Shown piece by piece: positions 48,913-58,115 of a stretch of DNA of 61,585 bases. The translations under genes were made by a program, and so were the position numbers. Where the stretch lies: positions 2,009,492 through 2,071,076 of the forward strand of contig CP070761.1 in NCBI GenBank assembly GCA_020348985.1. The letters run 5' to 3'. Under the pieces are notes generated by a model, which worked only from the letters and a program-made list of their open reading frames with translations, made no database searches and was not told the DNA's origin. The stretch's first letter is position 1; each line of letters starts with the position of its first letter. The stretch is from Candidatus Thorarchaeota archaeon. Lineage in GTDB: Archaea > Asgardarchaeota > Thorarchaeia > Thorarchaeales > Thorarchaeaceae.

Positions 48913-49677
48913 GTGTCAATTGTACTTGATGTGAGAGATGTCTGGAAATCTTATGGTGAACTCCAGGTTCTGAAAGGAGTCACATTCAGTGTGGGTGAGA
49001 AGGAGGTCAAGGTTGTATTCGGTCCTAGTGGCTCAGGAAAAAGCACACTTCTCCGGTGTATCAACATGCTGGACCCACCTGATAAAGGAGAGGTCCTTCT
49101 CAAGGGACAGAGCTTGATGGAAGATGGTGTTAATCTCACTATGATGAGAGCACGCATCGGAATGGTCTTCCAACAATTCAACCTGTTTTCTCATCTAAAA
49201 GCTTTGGACAACGTCACCATTGGACCTCAGAGGGTTTTGGGGTTAGAGAGAGAGGAGGCAGTAGACAGAGCCCATGTGGCTATCGAACAAGTCCAGATGA
49301 CGGATTGGATTGACCACTATCCAGCACAGCTTTCGGGAGGCCAACAGCAAAGGATTGGCATTGCTAGAGCACTAGCTATGGATCCAGATGTCGTACTATT
49401 CGATGAACCCACCTCCGCCTTGGATCCCGAACTAATCGGGGAGGTTTTGCAGGTGATGCTCGATATTGCTCAAGCAGGGACAACAATGATTGTTGTCACT
49501 CATGAGATGGGTTTTGCCAGAGCTGTAGCGAATGAGATGTTGTTCATAGATGACGGTATCATCGTTGAGACGGGAACTCCAAAGCACTTCTTCACGGCTC
49601 CAGAGAATGAACGGGTCAGACAATTCTTGCATAGGCTAGAAGTGCTCTATGGAGGACAGGAATCGGTAGAACAGTAG
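48913..49677 (+). CDS. Polar amino-acid ABC ATPase (GlnQ-like)
   Basis: GPSGSGKST, LSGGQQQR, FDEPTSALDPE, VTHEMGFA. Confidence 0.95.
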   Translation: MSIVLDVRDVWKSYGELQVLKGVTFSVGEKEVKVVFGPSGSGKSTLLRCINMLDPPDKGEVLLKGQSLMEDGVNLTMMRARIGMVFQQFNLFSHLKALDNVTIGPQRVLGLEREEAVDRAHVAIEQVQMTDWIDHYPAQLSGGQQQRIGIARALAMDPDVVLFDEPTSALDPELIGEVLQVMLDIAQAGTTMIVVTHEMGFARAVANEMLFIDDGIIVETGTPKHFFTAPENERVRQFLHRLEVLYGGQESVEQ

Positions 49678-49697
49678 AACAAGGAGGAGAGTAAGTC

Positions 49698-50456
49698 ATG
49701 GTAGGAAGCGGAGATATGCACAATCTAATGCCCCTACAATATGGCATTGTTTCCTACATCGACGAACTTGCACAGGCATTCCTTGTGACCTTGGAGCTCT
49801 ATTTTGTCGGTCTAGTTCTTGGGTTCATTATGGGACTAACATTCGCAATAATGCGACAATTCGGAGGACGCGTTCTCTCACGTATCGCCACAGGCTATAT
49901 AGAAGTCATTCGAGGAACACCGTTGATAACTCAAGTTCTCCTCGTCTACGCGATACCAGTTGCAATCAATGCAGCAGGTATTGCTGATCTTCCACTGAAC
50001 TGGTATTTCTACTACATTGACTCTCAAAATCGAATCGCAGTCACACTGAACTGGCCAATCCTAGCAAGTATGTTAGGCCTTGGCATCAATAGCGCGGCCT
50101 ATCAGGCAGAATACATGCGTGGCGGGTTTGCTTCGATAACCTCTGGGCAACTTCGTGCTGCAAGTTCTATCGGCATGACTCGCTGGCAGAGCATCCGATA
50201 CATCATACTACCCCAGGGCCTCAGGCGGTCAATCCCTGCTTGGTCGAATGAAGCCGCCTACCTCCCCAAGTACACCGTCGTCGCGATCTGGGTTGGTGTG
50301 ATGGAAATCCTGAATATGTCCAAGACCGTGATTGCGAGGACCTTCTTGTCTGTGGAGATGTACCTGATTCTAGCCATTATCTTTTTCGTGTTTATTACTG
50401 CGATCAACAAAGTCCTAGAAATCACTCATAGTCGAACCAAGATACCAGGTGTCTGA
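49698..50456 (+). CDS. Polar amino-acid ABC permease 2
   Basis: IRGTPL, SAAYQAEYMRGG, IILPQGLRR. Confidence 0.92.
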   Translation: MVGSGDMHNLMPLQYGIVSYIDELAQAFLVTLELYFVGLVLGFIMGLTFAIMRQFGGRVLSRIATGYIEVIRGTPLITQVLLVYAIPVAINAAGIADLPLNWYFYYIDSQNRIAVTLNWPILASMLGLGINSAAYQAEYMRGGFASITSGQLRAASSIGMTRWQSIRYIILPQGLRRSIPAWSNEAAYLPKYTVVAIWVGVMEILNMSKTVIARTFLSVEMYLILAIIFFVFITAINKVLEITHSRTKIPGV

Positions 50457-50551
50457 ACCATACACGAAGACCACCCCCTATTGAAACGTATCTATGTCGA
50501 ATCATTTTTGATAGGGTCCTTCACTAACTGCGGTTCCCTAGTTTCGCTTGA

Positions 50552-51112
50552 TCATAGTCGTCTAGTCGTGTCTGGGTTAAGCCTCAGCAGCTCCTCAACG
50601 TAAGACTTGTGTTTCATCCTAAGAATCGCGGCGCGTGATGAAGAATCGAATCTAACTATTGAGACTGCTCTTTCAAGTGCACTTGGTCCAAGCGCTCTGA
50701 AGGTTCCAATCATTGTCAGAAGTGATGTCAAGAAAGCGAGGTTCAGACCCAAGTCAACATTGAATCCATCATATAGGTAGAAGGCAATGGCGGATCCAAG
50801 AAACAGCGAGAAGACAATAGCCAGTCCATTGACCACTGTTAACAACGTCATCGTCCGTGCTCTGTCGTGAATGGACGTACGATGTTTGCCACAGACTGGG
50901 ATTTCCAATCCTCGTCTGTTCCTTGGAGGAGGGGAATACCTCTGTATACTCCACCAGCTCCCGCGTCTAGTTCTCAAAGGATCCTTTACCGCTTTGGAGA
51001 CAAAGCCCCGCGTAGTTGTGGGTCTACTGCATACAGGGCAGCTGCTAGGGAAATCAAGGTTTGTCGTGCTCACAACCACTAGATGATTGAGCGCTTTCTT
51101 TTCAGAATTCAT
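50552..51112 (-). CDS. Hypothetical 2-TM protein with putative Zn site
   Basis: CPVC ... PVCGKH followed by two TM helices. Confidence 0.68.
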   Translation of the reverse strand: MNSEKKALNHLVVVSTTNLDFPSSCPVCSRPTTTRGFVSKAVKDPLRTRRGSWWSIQRYSPPPRNRRGLEIPVCGKHRTSIHDRARTMTLLTVVNGLAIVFSLFLGSAIAFYLYDGFNVDLGLNLAFLTSLLTMIGTFRALGPSALERAVSIVRFDSSSRAAILRMKHKSYVEELLRLNPDTTRRL

Positions 51113-51235
51113 CTAGTGTGCACCATCACTCCCTCAATTGTATCGTACATCTTTCTTTTGGATGCTGCATGTTATGCGTTGTTCACTGAGGCCTAATTCA
51201 TCACATTGAAGAGGCGCATTGTAACGTGCGTTGTC

Positions 51236-51934
51236 ATGCAAGTTCTTGTCTTCAATAGTAGTCCACGTAGAGGAAGAGGCGCCACAGCCGGAATCTTGAA
51301 TCGCTTCTTGAAAGGAGTGGAAGATGCTGGAGGAAAGGTAGAGCTGATCTACGTCAGCGACCTCGATATCAAACCTTGCCGAGGTTGCTTTACCTGTTGG
51401 ACAAAGACACCAGGCAAATGCGTGCAATCTGACGACATGGCGGAACTATTGCCGAAAATGGACAGTGCGGACGTTGTTGTCCTAGCAACTCCTGTCTACG
51501 TGGACGGCATGACCGGATCTCTGAAGATGCTTTTGGATAGATTCATACCGCTTGAAAGCGGCAAGGTTGAACTTATCGACGGACACTGTAGGCATCCCAG
51601 GAGGAGCGGAAGGTCTGGGGACAAGCTTGTTCTTCTTTCAGTGTGTGGTTTCGCTGAAATGGATAACTTCGATTCACTGGTTGCACATGTGAAGGCTATG
51701 TCGAAGAATATGCATCGTGATTATGTTGGTGCTGTGTTGCGACCATATGCTTGGGCCTTGGGTATGCCTGAAAGAATTGGAATTGAAATCGGAGACATTG
51801 TTCAGGCACTTGAAGATGCTGGTCGCCAGCTTGTGGAAGAAGGAAGATTCTATCCAGAGACTCTCGCGACGATTTCGAAGGAGTTGCTACCACAGCAAGT
51901 TGTCGCACAAATGATTAGTTCTGGTTTCCGATGA
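51236..51934 (+). CDS. Iron-sulfur flavoprotein / multimeric flavodoxin family
   Basis: NSSPR, CRGCFTCW..PGKC, ATPVY, LLDR. Confidence 0.9.
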   Translation: MQVLVFNSSPRRGRGATAGILNRFLKGVEDAGGKVELIYVSDLDIKPCRGCFTCWTKTPGKCVQSDDMAELLPKMDSADVVVLATPVYVDGMTGSLKMLLDRFIPLESGKVELIDGHCRHPRRSGRSGDKLVLLSVCGFAEMDNFDSLVAHVKAMSKNMHRDYVGAVLRPYAWALGMPERIGIEIGDIVQALEDAGRQLVEEGRFYPETLATISKELLPQQVVAQMISSGFR

Positions 51935-51993
51935 GTTACCCGTCCCTTATCACACGAGGGCTACGATTCATGAAACGCTAGGATAGTAGAAGT

Positions 51994-52014
51994 GAGGAGC
52001 CGTTCTGGCTCCTC
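51994..52014. terminator. 8-bp hairpin between convergent genes
   Basis: GAGGAGCC-GTTCT-GGCTCCTC. Confidence 0.5.
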
Positions 52015-52028
52015 TACAGCCTCTTCTT

Positions 52029-53810
52029 CTAGAGTGTGTCCTCAAACTCCTTGATGAACACATCAAACTGGTCGATGCCTTTCTGCCAGAATTCTTCAGT
52101 TGTGATGTCGAAGCCAATCTCGGCTGCCAACTCACGGGGGGATTTGCTGGAACCCGCTGCAAGAAGCGCCTTAAGGTTGGGCACAAACACCTTCCCTTGC
52201 TCCTTGTAGAGTCTGTACATAGCATACACGAAGAGCTGTGCGTAGACGTATGGATAGTTGTAGTACCTGTAGTTGGGAATGTAGAAGTGTAGTTTCATTG
52301 TCCACCACCACTTCATAACAGGTAGCCAATCGATTGCATCGCCGTAGACCTTGTCACGCGCTTCAACCCAGAGTTCAGAAATTTTCTCGCCGCTGAGGAA
52401 GATATTCTTCTCTATCGCTTCATACATCGCGGTTTCAAAGAATACTCGTGCAGAGACCTGAAAGGCCGCTTGACCGAAATCGTCCAAAACTGTCGATAGC
52501 ACTGCAAGCTTCTCTTCTTTGGTCTCACCTGTTGTGAGTAGCTTCTCCACTAGGAGAAGAGTCCCGAAGATTGAACCGGTCTCAGCAATACAGCTGCCAA
52601 TTTCATAGTTTGATGGCTTCTGGGCCCGAGTGCCAAGGTAGGCATGGAGGGCATGTCCCAACTCATGTGCCATGGTGAAAACGTCGCCTAGAATTCCATT
52701 GTAGCTTTGAAGAATGTACGCGCTCTTGCCGACGAACCAGGTTGAGCAGAAGGCCCCGGAAGTCTTCCCTTTGCGGACCTCACCATCCAGGTGGCGTTGC
52801 TCGAACATTTCGTCCATCCATGTGCCACTTTCTTCGTCGAACTCGGTGTACGACTCAACAACCATCTTTCGTGCTTCGTCCCAGGAGTACTTCTTGTCTG
52901 GTGCACTCGGGAGTGGTGCAATCTCATCCCAGTTGCCTAGTTTCTCTAGCCCCATGGCCTTGGCCTTGAGTCGAAGGTACTTTTGGAACACACCGACATT
53001 CTTCTCAATCGTGTTCATCAGTGCTTGAATGGCCGCCTCATCAACATCGTTCGCAATCAAGCTCTGAGTCATTGGAGTCGGCCATTTACGGAGTTTCGTC
53101 ATATCATTATGGTCGGAAGAAACTGAGCGTACAGCGCTGGCCCACAAGATCTCATCTTCCCCAAGCTTGCTGTAAACAACTTCGTGAGCTCTTTTCCGCA
53201 AATCGCGGTTTGGGTGCTCATAGAGTCCGATGATCTCGCCGTAGGGCATTGTCTTTGTCTCACCGTCAACTTCAATCTCGAATTCCCGTGTGGCCAACCA
53301 ATCACTCTGAATCTGGGACCACGCATCAATGCCATTCTTGTCCTTCTGGATAGCCAGCTGCTCTTGCTCCTCAGAAAGCATGTACGGAATCTGACGTTTG
53401 AGCCTCTCAAGCTTGTGCTTATACTCCGACAACACTGGGTCATTGATAATCTCAGGATTCTTCTTTAGAAGCTGCCCTAGCTCAAGCTCCATGAATGCGA
53501 GATTCTGCTGCGAAAGCATGGTTGCATTTTGAGCATTTGAATGAAGTCGCTTGGCTACATCAGTGGTCATGTCCGCAAAGTACTTCAGATATGCGTACAT
53601 GAAGGGCCCTTCGAATTCAAGGGCCCATTTGTCTGATTCTTCGAGCATCTCCAAGACTTGCTTGGCATTGAAGTCCGGAACTTTCCCTCTATGTTTGTCC
53701 CTAAACTCTTCAGATGCTCTTACTGCAGCCGTAAGGCGTTCAGAAATGTAATCAGGATCGTCAATCTCAACAAGCTGAGACAGATCCCACCTCATTTGCT
53801 CCACAATCAT
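52029..53810 (-). CDS. pepF: Oligoendopeptidase F (peptidase M3B)
   Basis: WDLS, GKTSGAFC, AHELGHALH, AETGS, HFY..YYNYPY. Confidence 0.93.
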   Translation of the reverse strand: MIVEQMRWDLSQLVEIDDPDYISERLTAAVRASEEFRDKHRGKVPDFNAKQVLEMLEESDKWALEFEGPFMYAYLKYFADMTTDVAKRLHSNAQNATMLSQQNLAFMELELGQLLKKNPEIINDPVLSEYKHKLERLKRQIPYMLSEEQEQLAIQKDKNGIDAWSQIQSDWLATREFEIEVDGETKTMPYGEIIGLYEHPNRDLRKRAHEVVYSKLGEDEILWASAVRSVSSDHNDMTKLRKWPTPMTQSLIANDVDEAAIQALMNTIEKNVGVFQKYLRLKAKAMGLEKLGNWDEIAPLPSAPDKKYSWDEARKMVVESYTEFDEESGTWMDEMFEQRHLDGEVRKGKTSGAFCSTWFVGKSAYILQSYNGILGDVFTMAHELGHALHAYLGTRAQKPSNYEIGSCIAETGSIFGTLLLVEKLLTTGETKEEKLAVLSTVLDDFGQAAFQVSARVFFETAMYEAIEKNIFLSGEKISELWVEARDKVYGDAIDWLPVMKWWWTMKLHFYIPNYRYYNYPYVYAQLFVYAMYRLYKEQGKVFVPNLKALLAAGSSKSPRELAAEIGFDITTEEFWQKGIDQFDVFIKEFEDTL

Positions 53811-53885
53811 GGTGTGTCAACTATCGTTTTGGGCCAACGAAGTTACTTAATAGTCAAACGTATGGGACATCTAGAGCGACAAAGC

Positions 53886-54500
53886 TCAATCATCCAGCAG
53901 GCTTCTTCGTTTTCTTCGGGCTACGTTCTTTCTTGCCACCCATACTCCGCCAATTAGAATCACCGAGAAGAGGACTGTCACCATGATACCAACAATAACT
54001 TGTGGCGACCCTATGCCCCCGCGGATTGCAAATGGACCTATAAGATCCTCATCAGAGGTCGAAGTGAAAGCATTCGAATACGAGGAGTTGGAGTAGGCAC
54101 CCAGCACTGAGATTCCGAAGTAGCATTCTTCTCCGAGCCCGCCTCCTGATATTACCACCGTCGATACAATGTCTACCTGACTTTCTCCCTCTTCAGCTGG
54201 AGTGAAGGAGGTGCTTTCCGCCGAAATGAGCGAGAATCCAAGACCACTAATATCTTTTCGATGTACAGTCAGAATAAACTCTGTAACATTCACTTCTGTG
54301 ACTCCCTCTGCTTGAGGCTGGACACTCAAAGAGACACTGACCGATTGTGTGAAGGGACTGTACCATGGCGTATTAGCAGATATTGTGACGGATACTTCAA
54401 CGCCATCACTCGTGAATGACTGTGTTGGGAAATCCGTTGCAGATGCAGTAGGCAATAAGACCAAGCTGACAATCAAGATAGCAACGGCAGTCCTCAACAT
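53886..54500 (-). CDS. Secreted beta-sandwich protein with C-terminal TM
   Basis: Signal peptide, Ser/Thr/Val-rich body, TM then RKNVARRKRR. Confidence 0.72.
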   Translation of the reverse strand: MLRTAVAILIVSLVLLPTASATDFPTQSFTSDGVEVSVTISANTPWYSPFTQSVSVSLSVQPQAEGVTEVNVTEFILTVHRKDISGLGFSLISAESTSFTPAEEGESQVDIVSTVVISGGGLGEECYFGISVLGAYSNSSYSNAFTSTSDEDLIGPFAIRGGIGSPQVIVGIMVTVLFSVILIGGVWVARKNVARRKRRSLLDD

Positions 54501-54555
54501 AGCTCTAGCACTTGCTCTCAGTCGCAGACAGGCTTCTTAACTTTGACTCTTCGCG

Positions 54556-56406
54556 TCACACAATCTCATTCAGCCATTCGAGGACCTTTGTGTAGGCTTC
54601 TACGCGGTTCTTCCTTTTGGCCAAACCATGTCCTTCGTCGGCGAATCGCAAAAGGCGGACTGGAATCCCCTTTTCCTTGAGCTTCTCGTAGATCTGAACG
54701 GATTCAGATAGCGGCACTCGTTCGTCATTGTCACCTTGAATGATGAAGAGCGGAGCTGAGATCCTGTCCACTTTGTGAATTGGGCTTATTCGCATTAGAG
54801 TGTCAAAAGCGTTTTCGAGACTTCCATATTCAACCTCACGAAGACCCCGGCGCCATGAAGCTGTGTTCTGAAGGAACGTAACGAAATTCGATATCCCAAC
54901 TATGTCGACTCCCGCTTTCCACAGGTCCGGATGTTCAGTCATGGCTGATAGGACCGAGAATCCTCCATAACTTACTCCATAAATGACTAGCCGGTCGCCG
55001 TCGATTTCCGTATCGTTCTGTTTGATGTGAAAGGCCAACTCACGAATGTCCATTATCGAGTCCAGTCTCTTCTCAACATTGTCAAGGTCAAGATAGGTTC
55101 TACCGTATCCGGTACTTCCACGGATGTTTGGTGCTACGACAGCATAACCCGCAGACACAAAGAACTGTATAACGGGATTGAAGTCGGGACGAATCTGCGA
55201 CTCTGGCCCACCGTGAATCATGAAGATGGCAGGCCACCCTTTGGAAGGTTGACTTCCTGTAGGCAAGTATCTGAAGTAGGGCACTCTCAGATCGTCGAAG
55301 CTCTTGAAGTCCCAGAGAGTAGCGTCGGAAAAATCTGCTGGATCTAACCCAGCAATGCTAACTTCGGTGGCTTTCCAGCTAATGCCTTCTGCCAGGTCCA
55401 AGATCCATATATTCGATGGGCCAGTTGCGGATGCCAGCGTTATTGCTAGCTGCTTCTCATTCTCGGACAAGTCCATGCTTTTTGAGAATGACCTCGAGTC
55501 ACCTATCGTGATTACGCCTTTCATAGGCAAGTCCAGTTCTCTGAAACCGTCAACACCCGAGGGCTTGAACTCACCCATACACAAGGAGCTGTACCCTTCT
55601 TCATTGAAAACAACAAACGTCTTGGCGCTGTCATTGATGTGGGTTGACATGCTAAACTCAAGACCCATCATCGGGTACTCTAGCGGCGAATACTCACATG
55701 CGAGAGAAAGCACTCCCAGTCCTTTTGTATCTGAATTCAGATCAGAAGCAACCAAGAGGTGTTCGTTGTCCAAGAATCTCAAAGCGGACCATCTGCATGT
55801 TCGAGAGGACTTCAACTCATTTGTAAGCTCAATGGTATTCCCCGTCTCTGGTTCCAGAAGAGCCAACTCTTGATGGTTATTGCCGAAGAAGTGCTGGAGG
55901 ACCAGCTTCGAATCATCCGGTGAGACTGCACTGACTGCAGTAAGACTCCCACTCGGACGATAGATCAACTCTGGCTCGTGATCTGAAAGAGGAATCCTCC
56001 AGCGATAGAGGTCTAGTCTAGCTTTATCCTCAATGTTTGCCATGTAGTATAGGCCGTATTCTGTGGCGAGGTTGATTCTGTGTTTTGCATCCATATCCTG
56101 TGTCAACCAGGTTAGCTCACCGTCCATTCCTATGCTGCCGAGCTGGAAGTTCTCGTTACCTCCACGGTCTCTTGTAAACACAATTGATTCATCGGATAGG
56201 AATCGAGGGTCTGTGCATCTGTCCTCCTCAAATGTGACAATTGTGGGCTCAGCTACAATGTTCATTTCCACGGTGGTCTTATGAATCTGAAAAGATCCGG
56301 GAGCGTTTGCGACATATACAATTGAACTGTTACGTGGATGCCAAGACGGACCTCCTGCGGTCTCAATTTCGAGATAGCTTTCAACACGATCTGGTTTTGG
56401 CTTCAT
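54556..56406 (-). CDS. S9 family peptidase (prolyl oligo-/acylaminoacyl peptidase)
   Basis: N-terminal propeller; HGGPE, RGSTGYG, GVSYGG, QGDNDERV, DEGHG; start MKPKP. Confidence 0.93.
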   Translation of the reverse strand: MKPKPDRVESYLEIETAGGPSWHPRNSSIVYVANAPGSFQIHKTTVEMNIVAEPTIVTFEEDRCTDPRFLSDESIVFTRDRGGNENFQLGSIGMDGELTWLTQDMDAKHRINLATEYGLYYMANIEDKARLDLYRWRIPLSDHEPELIYRPSGSLTAVSAVSPDDSKLVLQHFFGNNHQELALLEPETGNTIELTNELKSSRTCRWSALRFLDNEHLLVASDLNSDTKGLGVLSLACEYSPLEYPMMGLEFSMSTHINDSAKTFVVFNEEGYSSLCMGEFKPSGVDGFRELDLPMKGVITIGDSRSFSKSMDLSENEKQLAITLASATGPSNIWILDLAEGISWKATEVSIAGLDPADFSDATLWDFKSFDDLRVPYFRYLPTGSQPSKGWPAIFMIHGGPESQIRPDFNPVIQFFVSAGYAVVAPNIRGSTGYGRTYLDLDNVEKRLDSIMDIRELAFHIKQNDTEIDGDRLVIYGVSYGGFSVLSAMTEHPDLWKAGVDIVGISNFVTFLQNTASWRRGLREVEYGSLENAFDTLMRISPIHKVDRISAPLFIIQGDNDERVPLSESVQIYEKLKEKGIPVRLLRFADEGHGLAKRKNRVEAYTKVLEWLNEIV

Positions 56407-56425
56407 GAGATAGCCTCGAAGTGTG

Positions 56426-56686
56426 TGCACAATGCGTACCTGATTTCGCATTGCGCAGATGGGTATCCCTTAATTAGGTACCTACCCCATCCCTTCAACG
56501 AGACATTTGGTCTTTCCCACCCCAATGAAAGAGCAAATACCTCCTTCTCTCGGTCGTGGTGTGGAACCTTTCCATGCCGCGGCCGTACAATGTCTTGTGA
56601 CTTCATTGTTTGACGATTTGATTCCGCTATTCCATCATAGCGTTGAAACAACGGCAAAGCATTTGTGCTCGGTAGAGTCTGCACAA
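56426..56686. ncRNA. Candidate structured RNA or regulatory leader (unassigned family)
   Basis: Seven or more adjacent inverted repeats, including a 16-bp stem with four G.U pairs (56551-56585). Confidence 0.4.
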
Positions 56687-56708
56687 TCGTGTACAAGGTG
56701 AGCTACCT

Positions 56709-57566
56709 GTGAAACTCCCTGCAATAGTTGTTCATGGCGGCGCTGGCAGCTGGAAGGATGATAGAATTCCAATAGGCCTTGCTGAAGTAGAGAATGCGGC
56801 CAAGGTGGGATTCAGGATTCTAGAGACCGGTGGATCATGCCTTGACGCTGCCGAGGCTTGCACATTGTACATGGAGTCCTGTGGAAAGCTAAACGCAGGT
56901 CTTGGAGCAAGACCTAACTCGGATGGAGAGAAGGAGCTAGATGCTATCATCATCGACGGATTTGAACTGAAGACTGGAGCAGTCATGGCTGTGAAGGGAA
57001 TCCAGAATCCCACGTCTCTGGCAAGATACGTCATGGAAGAGACCGAGTACGTGATGTTCGCAGGCGAAGGTGCTCGCCGGCTGTATGATAGAATGATGTC
57101 GGAGGGTTATCGAAAAGAGGCTGAGCACGGAGCTATTCAGATGCCATTACTGGAAGAAGGTGGGGATACTGTCGGATGCATTGCGGTAGATGTCGGCGGC
57201 CGAATAGCTGCAACTTCTTCGACAGGAGGAATTTCGGAGAAACTCCCAGGACGTGTGGGAGATTCACCGGTTTTTGGAGCGGGTGCCTACGCTAACAAGG
57301 TCTGCGGGGCCACAGCCACTGGATACGGTGAGCACATCGTTCGAGTTGTGATGTGCAGAATGGCAGTTCAGTACTACGAGAATGGAGCAAGCATTCAGAA
57401 GGCATCCGATATGGCAATTGAATTGCTTGAACGCGATACTGGCAGCGAAGCGGGAATAGTGATGGCTAGTGCAAATGGAGATTTTGGTAAGTCAACCAAT
57501 GCCAAAGCAATGCCAACAGTGGCAATCCGAGAGAACATTGATTCCATTGAACGCTTCACAAGATAG
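56709..57566 (+). CDS. Isoaspartyl peptidase / L-asparaginase (Ntn hydrolase T2)
   Basis: VHGGAG, NAGLG, DTVG autocleavage site, TSSTGG, GRVGDSP, ATGYGE. Confidence 0.94.
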   Translation: MKLPAIVVHGGAGSWKDDRIPIGLAEVENAAKVGFRILETGGSCLDAAEACTLYMESCGKLNAGLGARPNSDGEKELDAIIIDGFELKTGAVMAVKGIQNPTSLARYVMEETEYVMFAGEGARRLYDRMMSEGYRKEAEHGAIQMPLLEEGGDTVGCIAVDVGGRIAATSSTGGISEKLPGRVGDSPVFGAGAYANKVCGATATGYGEHIVRVVMCRMAVQYYENGASIQKASDMAIELLERDTGSEAGIVMASANGDFGKSTNAKAMPTVAIRENIDSIERFTR

Positions 57567-57617
57567 ACTAAGAGTGCGAGGCATAAAACAGAGAGATTGG
57601 TCGATGACCATTTGCAC

Positions 57618-58043
57618 TCATTGCATCTTCAAAAGCTGGGAGATTAGAATGTCATAATCGTCGTATCGGCGGAGGCCCGGAAGCTTGTGAACAGGAGTTC
57701 CGTTCTTGAAAGCAAAGACCATCGGAACTGATTGAACGCCGAAGTGGATAGCAATTCGAACATTACGATCAATGTCGACTTTTGCGAAGTATACTTCGCC
57801 CTCGTAGTCTATTGCTAGCTGAGCCATGATGGGTGCAAGAGTCTTGCAGGGCATACACCATTCCCCGTAGAAGTCAACCATGGCTGTCTTCGTATTCTGC
57901 ATCTTCGTCCAGAAATCAGAATCGTATAGTGGGTTCACCAGTCCGTTTGCCATAGGCTCTAAGACTTCAGGTTGCTGAGCCCTCTTCATCATGAGCTCCA
58001 TTTTTCTGCGGCGAATCTCTTTGAGATCGTCATCGCTTAGCAT
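57618..58043 (-). CDS. trxA: Thioredoxin with N-terminal helix
   Basis: DFYGEWCMPC, FGVQSVP; N-terminal SDDDLKEIRRRKME. Confidence 0.88.
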   Translation of the reverse strand: MLSDDDLKEIRRRKMELMMKRAQQPEVLEPMANGLVNPLYDSDFWTKMQNTKTAMVDFYGEWCMPCKTLAPIMAQLAIDYEGEVYFAKVDIDRNVRIAIHFGVQSVPMVFAFKNGTPVHKLPGLRRYDDYDILISQLLKMQ

Positions 58044-58115
58044 CGATAACCCTCTATTTTCGACTGTGCAAACTTCGTGCACAACCGATATAACTCCTTC
58101 GCATGAGGAAATTGG

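Noticed and set aside
50476-50516. Imperfect inverted repeat between convergent genes
   Set aside because: Long loop and weak stem; not enough support to call a terminator
56403-56696. 97-aa minus-strand ORF across the structured spacer
   Set aside because: No recognisable domain; the dense inverted repeats are better explained as RNA or DNA structure, although coding is not excluded
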